Assembly: GCF_004010195.1 (NCBI RefSeq)
Contig: NC_057711.1
Coordinates: forward strand, 76,463,817 to 76,527,816
Source: Chiloscyllium plagiosum
Lineage: Eukaryota
Length of the DNA: 64,000 bases
Reading direction: 5' to 3'
The notes under the pieces were generated by a model that made no database searches, was not told where the DNA came from, and saw only the letters and a list, made by a program, of their open reading frames with translations. Below, in pieces: positions 14,020-26,200 of the stretch; the stretch's first letter is position 1; the number at the start of each line of letters is the position of its first letter. A program made the translations under genes and the position numbers.

Positions 14020-16920
14020 TTCATTTCGAAAGCTGAAACTATTCAATCAACTGCATCTGCCACCTTCCCTCTTCTGCTAAGACAGCAGGCTTAATTCTTT
14101 AATGTTTCTCCTTGCTATAACCTGGAAATCATAGCTTTCTCGAGCTTCTCTGCAATTGCTCCTCATACCTTCTCTCAGTTAATCTTGAGCATAAGACCCG
14201 GCGCTTGCTCATTCAGTCCTTTTCTCACTAAAGACCTGACCTCACAACCTCCACTCCTGTTGTCTATGTTACCTGGCATCATTAACTCTTACACCCTTAC
14301 TCCCACTCTCCCTCCCTTGAATTTATCTTCATCACTCTCCTCCACAAAATATACAATGCTGGACCCTGCCATTCTGGCAAACTATTACTCCATAAGCAAT
14401 CCCCCTTTCCCCTCCAAAATCTTTGAATGTGCTATGTCTCCCAAACCTGCTCATTGTTAAACCTCCCCATACCCAATCCTCTCAAGGTCTTTGGATGTTA
14501 CCAAACCTCTCCTACAAATTAATGTTTGAAATTCCGAACATTTGACTTTCACACTTTTCCAATACAGTCCGTAGTCACAAAATGACATTCTCTGCAATAG
14601 TGGTGTGTTGTGTTATTTTACTTTTCTCTCAAAAGTTTCTGGAAAGGTGATGATGCTAGCCCCTCTTTGTTTACCTAAGTATGGAGACTGCCCTTGCTTT
14701 ATTACACAATTACCTGTATAATCATAGTTAGAATATCTGCAACAATAGCTTTTCTTTCACACCACCTCATCCAGGTTGGAACCCTCCAATGTTACTGTCA
14801 TTGATATTTTCACATTCCTCATTTGATGATATCCAACTTATAGAGTCATAGAGCTGTGCAGCATGGAAACAGAGCCTTCAGTCCAACTTGTCCATGCCGA
14901 CCAGACATCCGAAACTAATCTAGTCCCATTTGCCAGCAATTGGTCCATATCCCTCTAAACCTTTCTTATTCATATACCCATCCAGCTGTCTTTTGAATAT
15001 TGTAATTATACCGGCCTCCACCACTTTCTCTGGCAGCTCATTCCATACCTGCACCACCTTCTGTGTGAAAAAGTTGCCCTTTTGGTCCCTTTTAAATTTT
15101 TCCCTTCTCACCCTAAACCTATGCCCTCTAGGTTTGGACTCCCCATTTTATAAATCTCCATAAAGGTCACTCCTCAGCCTCTGACACTTGAGGAAAAACA
15201 GCCCCAGTCTATTCAGCTTCTCCCGATAGCTCAAACCTTCCAACCATGACAACAACCTTCTAAATATTTTCTGAATCCTTTCAATTTTCACAACATTCTT
15301 CTGATTGGAGGGAGACCAGAATTGCACACAATATTCCAAAAGTGGCCTAACCGATGTCCTATGCAGCTGTAACATGAGCTCCCAACCCCTATACTCAATG
15401 CTCTGAACAATAAAGGAAAGCATACCAAATGCCTTCTTCATTACCCTACCTACCTGAGACTCCATTTTCAAAAAACTATGAACCTGTACTCCAAGGTCTC
15501 TTTGTTCAGCAACACTCCCCAGGACCTTACTACTAAGTGTATGAGTCCTGCCCTGATTTGCCTTTCCAAAATGCAGCACCTCACATTTATCTAAATTAAA
15601 TTCCATCGGCCACTCCTTGGTCCTTTGGCCCATCTGACTAAGATCCTGCTGTACTCTGAGGTAACATTCTTTGCTGTCCACTACACCACCAATTTTGGTG
15701 TCAAAGACAAACTTATTAACTCTGCCTCCTATGTTCACATCCAAATCATTTATATAAATAACAAAAAGCAGTAGACCTAGCACCGATCCTTGTGGCACAC
15801 TGCTGGTCACAAACCGTTATCTCCTGCTTTAACAATTTTATCGTGTTGTTGGCCTGTTGATCTAATATTGGATAAGGCAATATTTTTTCCAGCTAATCTT
15901 CAGGAACACCAAAATCATCACATTCAATAAATTGAAAGCAGTTGGTTCTGAACAATTGTCTCAGATTAAGTTCAACTGTTGCACTCTTCATTTCTTTTTT
16001 AGCTTGAGCTGAACTTTAGACTCCTTAGCTGCTTCTTCATAAATAAATATCTTTTATAACCCATAGCTTTGCCAAGGAGATGCACACAAACATTTTATAT
16101 TCACCATCTACCACTGAAATTCTTCACCATGTTTAACTCACTTAATAGAATGCATCTCTTACTCCACTATTTGTAAATATCAGCTCATTTTGCTGCCTGG
16201 TCCTACCCCACACCAGCTATGCTCACTTATATCCTTAAGCTTACTGTTTTCCATTGATCATACAATATCTCAAATTTATAATTAACATCCTTGTTTCTCA
16301 ATCACTTCATACCTTCTTCTTTTCCATGTCTGGTTCAGTCATTTTCTTTAGGGAAGAAATCTGTCATACTTATCTGGTCTGGCTAACAATGTGACTCCAG
16401 ACCCACAGCAATGTGGTTGGCTCTGAGCTTTCCTCTGAAATGGCCCAGTAAATCATTCAACTGAAGGACATTTAGGGATGGGCAATTAATGTGACAGTCA
16501 GTAACATCCCATATTCCATAGAAGATTATAAAACTTTGACTCCAAAAACTTTGACTCCACCCCTCCCTCCTGGCCTTTGCCTCAAGAACCTGTCTGCAAC
16601 TTTACCTCAAAATAAAACAAAGAACTGTGCATGCTGAAAAAAAGACAAAAATTGCTGGAAAAAGATTCAGCAGGACTGTAGCATCTCAGACTCAAAATGT
16701 TAGCTTTGCTTTCTCTTCACAAACATGTGCATCTTATCCTTCCTTTTGGCACCCAAGTCTTCAGTATCTAAATCCTTAAGCTTCAAAATTCCTTACCCAA
16801 AGGCATCCACACCTCTACTTCATTCTCTCCCTAAAAGCCTTACTTGAACATAAGCCTTTTATTAGGTTCTGGCCATTCCTTCCAGGGGTTTCCTCAAACT
16901 TAACATTTGTCCTTTTATTT
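14020..16920 (+). mobile_element. Old L2-type LINE remnant interrupted by younger inserts
   Basis: LDPAILANYYSISNPPFPSKIFE resembles the L2 RT N-terminal motif. The pyrimidine-rich body resumes after the CR1 at 15813. Confidence 0.55.
14840..15812 (-). mobile_element. CR1 LINE 3' fragment
   Basis: ORF 15148-15810 reads VPQGSVLG...INDLD...RPLLEYCVQFWSP. The tail is atagagtcatagag. Confidence 0.92.
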
Positions 16921-18389
16921 TTCGTTAACTGCCTCTTCTGAACTGTTTCTGTCTTAAAAACACTATCCAAACATTTGGTTTGGTTGACCTCAACATAGTT
17001 TTTTTTCCCAAGTGCATAATAATTCTGCTGATTTATAAGTATTTTGGTTTTCAATCTGTAATAATGAAAAAATGCCTAATAGAGATTAATACAAGTGGGA
17101 AAGTGAGAGTTTACAGAAGTTAATTTACATGTATCTATTCATTATTAGTTAATTGTTTACATGGTATCAGGCAGTCCTTTTCATTGAGAGCGCCAACACT
17201 AGTACATTTATGGAAGAGAAAGATAAGGCATGGTAAAACAGGGCTGAGTCAGCATGACTTTTTCAAGTGGAGTTCATGCTTGACAAACCTGTTAGAATTT
17301 TTTGAGGAGGTAATGAGCAATTAGACAAAGGAGAGAGCCAGTGAATGGTGATCTATTGGATTTCAAGAAAGCCTTTGAAAAGGTGCCACACGGCAAGCTG
17401 CTAAATAAGATCAGAGCCTGTGCTGTTAGGGGCATGCAGCTAAAGCAATCTGCTTGGCATGGACCTCTTACTGTTGTGGTAAAATAGCAAGAAGGACAGG
17501 ATGAGGCCCTTCGTTGGTCACTTAAGAGACTCAATAGATCTGAGGGCAAGTCAGTGTGTCTAATCCTTCCATCATCCTTGTACAACGAGAGACAGGTTGG
17601 ATTTGGCCAGGAAGGTGACAGGTAGGCCATGCACTCTATTTTACTCATTATCAGCTGCTATATTGTTATGTAGATGTGCTTTAATGCAGGGATATATTGA
17701 GAATCTGTCCTTTAATGGTAAATTAACTATTGGATTGTCCAACATTGTGTGTTTGTTCACATGCATTATAATGGAGAACATACTATAAACAGTGAAAATT
17801 ATCTCAAAATGTCCTGTCAATCTGTACTGTTATCTTTTCTACTGTCATTTAAATGGTGTTGCTGAGTCAAAAAATTTTAGTTTGACTGATACAAGAAAAA
17901 TCTACATTTGGAAAATAGATGCCTACATTTGATTGATTGAAGAAGACTATGCTTTGAAATTATAACGTAAATCTGGTGTTCTTTACTTCCCACTGAAAAC
18001 TGTTGTTTAAACAACTGTGACATTATTGATTCTTGTTTAAGTTTCATGTGTTAATGGGCTTAGCCACACACACCCACAGCCGCAATTCTTGTGCATTCCA
18101 GTCCGGCTTGCAAATCATATTGTGAACGCAACCCTGCTGTGACAAGGCAAAATAGCATGAGGAGTCACACGTGTGTCGGGTGTGAAGTTGACAAACCACA
18201 GAAGTGTGCTGGTCAGATTTTCTCAGGCCCAGAGGAAGATTCAGCTCCTCATAGCAGGCACCCCAATGATTGTCTGGTGTGGGTTGTTCGTGGGTTTGGG
18301 AAGGGGTCAGTCGTCAATGTACCCTTTGAAAACTCAATGGAACCATTTCTACCATTACTTTTTCACTCTGTCATCATCTCCAGACCCTG

Positions 18390-18601
18390 GAGGAGAAAGT
18401 GAGGTCTGCAGATGCTGGAGATCAAAGTTGAAATTTTATTGCTGGAACAGCACAGCAGGTCAGGCAGCATCCAGGGAACAGGAGATTCGACGTTTCGGGC
18501 ACAGGCCCTTCTTTGATTCCTGAAGAAGGGCCTGTGCCCGAAACGTCGAATCTCCTGTTCCCTGGATGCTGCCTGACCTGCTGTGCTGTTCCAGCAATAA
18601 A
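18390..18601 (-). mobile_element. Short Penelope-like-derived insertion (family A) with inverted 5' arm
   Basis: TSD atctccagaccctg at 18376-18389 and 18602-18615. Perfect inverted arms at about 18433-18513 and 18523-18603, with a hammerhead motif at the fold. Confidence 0.85.
18515..18552 (+). ncRNA. Minimal type I hammerhead ribozyme motif, core intact (PLE family A)
   Basis: GAUUC-CUGAAGA-A-GGGC(CUGU)GCCC-GAAA-CG-UC-GAAUC. Stem I is a perfect 5 bp, stem II is 4 bp, stem III is the palindrome ACGU, and the triplet is GUC (predicted cut after 18547). Confidence 0.8.
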
Positions 18602-18817
18602 ATCTCCAGACCCTGCTCTCATTTAGAGAGTCATGGAGTCATAGTGCCTCCACTCCCCACTATTGTTTAGAATTTGTTTTAAACTACAATCTTCTACCTC
18701 AGAGACAGAATGTGAGTACTGAACTAAGGTTTAGCTGGAGTACAGTCATGCAATTTTATTTCGCATAGTGTAAATATTGAAATTAATATCTTAACCCATC
18801 TTAAACATCAACAGTGC

Positions 18818-18848
18818 TCTTCTCTCTCTCTCTCTCTCTCTGTCTCTC
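18818..18848. repeat. (TC)n microsatellite
   Basis: Read directly from the sequence. Confidence 0.9.
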
Positions 18849-19285
18849 AGTTGTCACTCGTTCATTCATTTTTTTTCTCTCTCTCTCTATCTCTCCAAAT
18901 ATCCTTTCAGGTACAAATTTACATTGCTGTTTTTGGCACAACAGACACCATGGAATTAAATTTTATTTTCTTGGACTTTCATTGAGGTTAATCTCACACA
19001 GTCACAGATTTTCTTAAAGTATTTGATGCTAGATCTAATTCAAGGGCTTTTTTATGATATTTAGAATAAAGTTGCTATTTGCATTGTAATACTGTCAAAA
19101 TAGTAATTTGTGTCAGATAACAGCTTAGATTCTGGTTTTATACAGTACTAAAAGCATAAAAATCGGTAATGTCTTTAAAGTTAGAAATATAAAGAGACAC
19201 AGTTATAAATGCATAAAGATATATTGGGTTTTGCATCATCATCTTTTTTGTCTTAAACTTCAGCTAATTTTTATTGTTGTTGTAG

Positions 19286-19388
19286 GTGAATACATTGATG
19301 ATGCAGACCAGTGCCATTCCTGTCATCCCTATTGTGACAAATGTTTTGGCCCAAGCAAAGTTGAGTGCATCACTTGTGTTGTTCCAAG
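19286..19388 (+). CDS. PCSK5: PCSK5 (PC5/6B-type Cys-rich domain) internal exon a, 103 nt, phase 1->2
   Basis: Acceptor ttgttgttgtAG at 19284-85 and donor GTgggt at 19389. Reads (G)EYIDDADQCHSCHPYCDKCFGPSKVECITCVVP(R), a furin-like repeat resembling the first PC5B-specific segment of mammalian PCSK5 as I recall it (GEYVDEHGHCQTC...). Confidence 0.9.
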
Positions 19389-19738
19389 GTGGGTTATCTT
19401 GATCTTATTCCCAAGTTCCTACCTCTTTTATTCTGTAGTTGATAAACTATAGTTGTTTCAGTTTAAATGCAAAATATCACAAAGATTAGTCATCTAAGAC
19501 AAAGACAGAAATGCTGGAAACACTCAATAACTGTGACGAGAGAAGCAAAGTTAATGGGCTGGATTTAATGGTGCCCTGTTCATGAGTTTGAAAACAATGG
19601 AGGAATGTAATATTCAGCAGACAGCCTACCTGACAAATGCCACTCCTGCCACCATTTCACTATTCCCAGTAGGAATGGTGTCAGTAGAAGCAATTGGTGC
19701 CCACTACTGGATCTCCAACTGACTACTGCTGAGACTGG

Positions 19739-19857
19739 GAGAAAGTGAGGACTGCAGATGCTGGAGAGTCAGAATCAAAAAATGTGGCACTGCATAAAAG
19801 CACAGCAGGTCATGCAGCATCCAAGGAGCAGGAGAATCAATGTTTCCGGTATAAGCC
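19739..19857 (-). mobile_element. Family A PLE-derived insertion, 5'-truncated inside the hammerhead
   Basis: TSD ctactgctgagactgg at 19723-19738 and 19858-19873. Same gagaaagtgaggactgcagatgctggag terminus as the other family A copies. Confidence 0.8.
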
Positions 19858-20716
19858 CTACTGCTGAGACTGGTCAGAGCAGGCATCCCAATGGATTGTC
19901 TGATGTGGGTTATTCATGGGTTTGGGGAGCAGTCAGTCGTCACTGGACACTTTGAGAACTCAGTGGAACCATTCCTATCACTACATCTTCATTCTCTCAT
20001 CATCTCCAGAACCTGCTCTCATTTATAGAGTCATGGAGTCATACAACATGGAAGCAGACCATTCAGTCCAATCAGTCCATGCTGACCATAATCCCAAACT
20101 AAACTAGTCCCACCTGCCTGCGCTTGGCCCATATATTTCTTATTCATGTAATAACTAAGAAATCTAAAAATAAATTAGAAATAAGCCTGTAATCTCAGGA
20201 GCAGCTGCAAAATCCACACTACTCTCAATCCAGCATTTCAGATTTCCATGATATCTTTCCTTACAAGCAGTATGAGATACATTCGTTCTTCCACAAGCTC
20301 CCTATCCATAATCTAAGACCCTATACTCTCCTTCCTTCTGAAAAGGCAATTTGTGTGTGCTTCTTTCAGGCCTGGCCTGCTCTACGTCAGAGAGACATTT
20401 TATCATTGGTGCCCTGGTCATTAATTGCCCCTTCATATATTGTCTTACAATCACAATTCAGTCTCCCCTACCATAGAGAGACTTGCAATTTGATCAGTTT
20501 CCAAGCATCACCCCAAGTTTGCATTTGCTTGTTGCTTTAATTCTCTATCCCACTTCAAGTCTGGCACTCAGTCTCCTACATTGTTCCAAAGAATCACAGA
20601 ATTGTGGCATGGTGGCATCAAACCGGAGGTGGTGGAAATGCTGGAGATGATCCAATGAGTACAGAGGTGAAAGAGTAAAGTGTTCAGAGAGGAGGGCCTG
20701 TATCCCAATCTGTAAG

Positions 20717-20949
20717 GTAAAAACAATGACTGCAGATGCTGGAAACCAGATTCTGGATTAGTGGTGCTGGAAGAGCACAGCAGTTCAGGCAGCATCCAAG
20801 GAGCAGCAAAATCGACGTTTCGGGCAAAAACCCTTCATCAGGAATAAAACCTTTTATTCCTGATGAAGGGCTTTTGCCCAAAACGACGATTTCGCTGCTC
20901 CTTGGATGCTGCCTGAACTGCTGTGCTCTTCCAGCACCACTAATCCAGA
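20717..20949 (-). mobile_element. Family A variant PLE-derived palindrome with two opposed hammerheads
   Basis: TSD atcccaatctgtaag at 20702-20716 and 20950-20964. Arms of about 101 bp at 20749-20849 and 20852-20952 with few mismatches. Confidence 0.85.
20810..20845 (-). ncRNA. Minimal hammerhead motif, core intact (family A variant)
   Basis: Minus strand reads AUUC-CUGAUGA-A-GGGU(UUUU)GCCC-GAAA-CG-UC-GAUU. The mirror copy on + at 20856-20891 has GAAA->AAAA and GUC->GAC changes. Confidence 0.7.
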
Positions 20950-21840
20950 ATCCCAATCTGTAAGTGACAGGAGAAAATTAGACTGTTTGAGTAGGAAATA
21001 GAACATTCATGTTCAATGGCAACTTAACCACGCCAGAACATTATCCTCAGTGAGATAAAAGGTAAACAAGTTGGAAACATCATTATTGGATTTAGCATCA
21101 TCAGAATAGTGCGACAAAAATGGGATTGAAATAAAGTCCTGACAGTAAGTGAGAACGGAGTAAGTGTCTTCAAGATAGATATGGGCATCAACGGTTTATA
21201 TTATACTGGTAGGCAACATTTCCCCAGAAATTGAGGAAGTCATGGGAAGGAAAACTTAAAATCAGAGCTGGATTATTTGAAGGTGAAGAAAGAGTGGATG
21301 CTTATGCCATGCTTCAGTATAAACATCAACACAAAATGTCAGGGAAAAGGGCTGAATAAGACAGGAACAATAATGTTTCCTCAAAAGTATGTGTGGGGTG
21401 CATACACATTCCTATAAGAATGCCTTTTATTTGAAGGAAAGGAGAGGAATTAATGGAAAAGTTGATTATTATAAGGACAAGTTCAGCCAGACAGTCGAGG
21501 ATTGTGTTAAATGTGAATTCAATGGGCTTCCATTCAAGGAAGTTTACACAATGAATTGCTTCTAAACTACATCAGTATCAATGTTTACACACTTAATTAA
21601 CAAAGCTATCAGGAACTCTTCCTCAAAAGGCAGTGGATGCAGAACTTCTGAATATTTTTAAGGCACAGATAGATAGATTCAAAATAAACAGTGGAGTGAA
21701 AGGCTTTTGGGGTGGTCACGAATCTGAATTTGAGTTTACAATCAGATCAGCCGTGAGTTGTTGAATGAAAGAGCCAATAGACCTATTCCTGCTTCTAATT
21801 TGTATGCTTGCATTTGTTAATGCGTTTGTTTCCTCCTCAG

Positions 21841-21977
21841 GCTCTTTGACAATGAACACTGTGTCATGCACTGCCCCCCAGGTAAATTTGGCATGTATGG
21901 ACAGTGTTACCCATGTCATCACACTTGTAAGGAATGTACAGGAGGTGAACCTACTGACTGCACATCATGTGATAAAG
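21841..21977 (+). CDS. PCSK5: PCSK5 exon b, 137 nt, phase 2->1
   Basis: Acceptor tttgtttcctcctcAG and donor GTaaga at 21978. Reads LFDNEHCVMHCPPGKFGMYGQCYPCHHTCKECTGGEPTDCTSCDK, in phase with both neighbouring exons. Confidence 0.92.
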
Positions 21978-22294
21978 GTAAGACCATAGAAAATGCAAAA
22001 ATAACTCACTATTAGCCTTTCTTTCCTCACATATACCTATTGTTAACATCAACAGCAACGATACAATGAACAAATAATTTATGGCAGATACATTAGATCA
22101 AGAAATTAGTTGTACACGCAACCAAAACTTGGTGGTAAATTATTACTGTATTTCAAATGATTGATTAAAACTATTAGTTTCTCCTTGGGACCAGGGAATC
22201 TCATTCTTGCATTCTGCTGATTAATTTAGAATTTGGATGGTCCCTACAGGGTACCTCAGTGCTTACACGGACATGTACAATTACCTCCCATGCA

Positions 22295-22945
22295 ATAAAG
22301 ATGCACAGCACAGAAGCAGACCCTTTGGTCAAACTCATTCACTCGACTAAATATCCCAAATTAATCTAGTTCCATCTCCTTCTAAACCCTTCCCTTTCAT
22401 ATACTCATCCAGATGCCTTTTAAATTTTGTAGTTGTACCAGCCTCCACTACTTCCTCCAGCAGCTTATACCATACATGCACCATCCTCTCATGAAAAAGT
22501 TGTCCCTTAGATACCTCTTAAATCTTTCCCCTCTCACCCTAAACCTATGCCCTCTAGTTTTGGACTCCCTCAACCCTAGAGAAAAAAACCTTGACTATTC
22601 ACCCTATCCATGCCCCTCATGAACCTCTATAAAGTCACCCCTCAGCCTTCAATGCTCCAGGGAAAATAGCCCCAGCCTCTTCAGCCTCTCTCTATAGCTC
22701 AAACCCTCCAACCCTGGCAACATCCTTGTAAATCGTTTCTGAACCCTTTCAAATTTCACAATGTCCTTCCTGTAGCAGGGAGCCCAGAATTGCATGCAGT
22801 ATTCCAAGGTGATCGAACCAATGTCAGCCGCAACATGACTTTCCAACTCCTATACTCATTGCACTGACCAATAAAGGCAAGCAAATCAAATGTCTTCTTC
22901 ACTGTCCCATCTACCTGCAACTTCACTTTATGGAACCATGAACCT
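22295..22945 (-). mobile_element. CR1 3' fragment
   Basis: [33 protein letters not shown]. Confidence 0.88.
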
Positions 22946-23219
22946 GATTGATGACCTTTCCCAAATGTTGATTTATTTTACATGGCTTAAAGGAAAGAGT
23001 ACAAACTTGGAGTGTAACGTATAACTGGTAGTACCCATCATATAAAAAAATTCAATGCATCCATGCTATCACAAACCTCTTTTAGTTGATAGCTTCATCC
23101 TAACTGTGAAAATTCCATTGAAATCACAATTGTATGAACAAAAGTTTGTTTCTATAAAGATTTGGACACATTTCCGTGTCATAACATTAAACCATGGTAT
23201 TTATTTTCCTTTATAGTAA

Positions 23220-26200
23220 GAGGATTCTGGGTAAGGAAAGAGGATTCTGGTAATCCAAGATGGAGGATGGGTAAAATTGCATCTGTAACAGCTGTTCTTT
23301 TTGAGGAAATTTCAGTGTTGGAGCTGATTTCCTTGAATTTTGAAGCAGTAATTACTGCTTTATAAGGTGTAGCATTCTTTTAGAACTTTAAAAAAAGGAG
23401 CAAGAGAAACAAAGCAGATATCATGCGGGAGGTGAAAAACAGAGAAGTAAACCTGCACAGCTGTGTGACCCAGCAATGAACCTTCACTGCTGACTGCCTC
23501 AGCTGTTTAGTTTCAAATATCTTTGGACATTGGAATTTGTTCTATGAAAAGTAAACAAACAGTGAAATTCACAGCTGACCTTGGAGAAACCTATGTGAGG
23601 AGCTCATAGCAGGGGAGCAGCTAAGTGGTTTATTTTTAAAAGTGTAATGTTACTATGTTAGAGTCTGAGTCCTACAGCATGGAGACAGGCCCATTGGCCC
23701 AAACTAGTCCATGTTGACCAAAATGTCCATCTACGCTAACTCCAATTCCCTGCACTTGGCCCATATCCTTCTAATTCTTGTATTTGTCCAAATGCCTTTT
23801 AAATGGTGTTAATGTATCTGCCTCAACCACTTCCGCTGGAAGCTTATTCCATTTGCATACCACTCTGTGTAAAAAAAGTTGCCCCTCAGAGTTCCCTTTT
23901 AGTTTTTTCCCCTCTAACCTTAAACTGATTCCCCAACCCTGGGAAAAAGACTGGAACTAACTTTCCAGAGCAGCCTACCATGTGGAACTTTACCAAAATC
24001 CTTACTGATATCTATTTAGACTAAATCTACTACTCTGACCTTATCAACCTTCCTAGTCACGTCATCAAAGAACTCGAACAAGTTTGTGAGACATGGTCTC
24101 CCACTCACAAAGCCATGTAGACTACTCCCAATGAAACCCTGTCTTTCCAAATGCATGTACATCTTCTCCATCAGAATTTTCTTAAGTAATATACCCACCA
24201 CAGATGTTAAGATCTTCTTTGCAGTCCTTCTTGAATAATGGCACAACATTTGCTACCATCCATTCTTCCAGGGCCTCACCCATGGCTAGTGATGATGCAA
24301 AAATATCAGCTAGGGCCCCCGCAATTTCTTCTCTAACCTCTTGCAGTATTCTAGGCTCTATCTGGTCAGGACCAGGAGATTTATCCACCTTCATACATTC
24401 TAATACATCCAACACCTTCTCTACTGTGCAGTGGACTGTCCCCAAGGAATCACCACTAACTTCCCTAAGTTCCCAAGTCTTCATGTCTTTCTATATGGCA
24501 AACACAGGGGAGAAATATTCATTGAAAACCTTGCCCATCTCCTGCGGTTCTACACATACATGTCCACTTTAGTCCCTGTAGGGCCTTATTCTCTCCCTAG
24601 TTATTATTTTTCCTGGAAATATACTTAAAGTACCTCTTTGGATTCACCCTAATCTTCTCAGCCAAGGCTATCTCAATCCCCCTATTTGCCTGCCTGATTT
24701 CTTTCTTCAGTAAATTCCTGGATTCCCTCTATACCTACAGGGATTCCCTTGATCCCAGTTGCCTGCACCTGAGCCACCCCTCCTTTTTTTTTCTGGTCAA
24801 AGCCTCAATATCCCTTGTCATCCAGGGTTCCCTATTCCTGCCAACTTTGCCCATCACTCTCATACGAACATATAGATGTTGAAATCTAGCTATGTATTTT
24901 AAAGGCCTCCCACTTGCCAGAGGTCCCTTTGCCTGTAAACAAACTGCTCTAATCAATCCCTGCAAGCTCCTATCGAATTCCATCAAAATTCACCTTGCCC
25001 CAATTTAGAACTTGAACCTGTGGACCACTTTTGTCCCTCTCCATAACTATTTTAAAATTAATAGAACTATGGTCACTGGTCCCAAAGTGCTCCCCAGTGT
25101 CACCTCCTTTACCTGTCCTGCTCTATTTCCCAAGAGTAGGTTGAGTTTTTCCCAAGTAGCAGCCTCTGTATACTGCTTCAGGAAACCTTCCCTAACGCAC
25201 TTAACAAATTCCACCCCACCTAAGCCCTTAACACTCTGGCAATCCCAGTGTATGTTAGGAAAATGAAAATCCCCTACTATGACAACTCTATTGTTCCTGC
25301 AAGTCTCCCCAATCTCTCTGCATATTTGTTCCTCCAATTCCCATTGACTATTTGAGGCTCTATAGTACAACCCCAATAACATCACTATCCCCTTCTTATT
25401 TCTTAGCTCCACTCACAAAGCCTCACGGGATAATCCTTCAGTTATTTCATCTCTGATTACTGCTGTGATACTCACCTTGATTAAAAATGCACTCCCCTCC
25501 CCTCCTTCCACCCTCTCGGTCCTGCCTGAAGCACCTGTACCCTGGCACATTCAGCTGCCAGTCTTGTCCCTCCCTTAGCAATGTTTCTGTAATGGCTATA
25601 ATATCCCAGTCCCACTTACCTATCTATGCCCTGAGTTTATTGGCCTTACTTGTTTGCCCTCTTGCATTGGAACTAATGCAATTTATTTCTTATTTGTAAA
25701 TCTACAATAGCGTGTAGAGTTGGGTTATTTTTAGATTAAATGTATTATTGAGATCTGTCTCTTGATTAGCCTTTAAAAATATAGGTACTAAGTTAGCCTG
25801 GAGTAGTTTTTTTAGTGCAGTAAGACTGGGCTATTTTCTGGATCTGTAGATTGTTAAAGCACAAAGATGGCATTTAGTAGAACAATATGCTCTTCCTGTC
25901 AGATGTGAGAGGTTAGGGAGAACTTCAATGTTACTGATGATTAAGTCTGCAGGAAGTGTGTTTGGTTGTGAATCCTAGCTGATTGTATGGATTGGTTATA
26001 ACAGCAGTTAGAGGCAATGAGGAATTTATAGGAGGTGGTGGAGGGGATGCACATGATGGATGGTAGTTTCAGGAAGGGAGAAAAACCACAGATACAGTCA
26101 GGTAGATGGGTTACCTCCATGAAAGGTAAGAGGTAGGCAGATAATGCAGGAGTCTCCTGTGGTCCATTCCCACCTCAAGCAAGTATGCTGTTATGAAAAT

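Larger units (their letters stand above)
18254..20042 (+). repeat. Diverged direct repeat of about 165 bp flanking exon a (18254-18389 plus 18616-18643, versus 19878-20042)
   Basis: agcaggca.cccaatg.attgtctg.tgtgggtt.ttc.tgggtttggg...ctca.tggaaccatt...tcatcatctccaga.cctgctctcattta.agagtcatggagtcata is present at both sites. Confidence 0.85.

Noticed and set aside
18091..18402. Cys-containing ORF (ACKSYC...TCVGC) as an extra furin-repeat exon
   Set aside because: The Cys spacing does not fit the repeat, I found no convincing in-phase donor, and the ORF runs into duplicated and repeat sequence.
18433..18603. Long hairpins as pre-miRNAs or as DNA-transposon MITEs
   Set aside because: The arms are asymmetric copies of a retroelement terminus with 14-16 bp TSDs, and single-arm copies exist. 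miRNA status would need small-RNA data.
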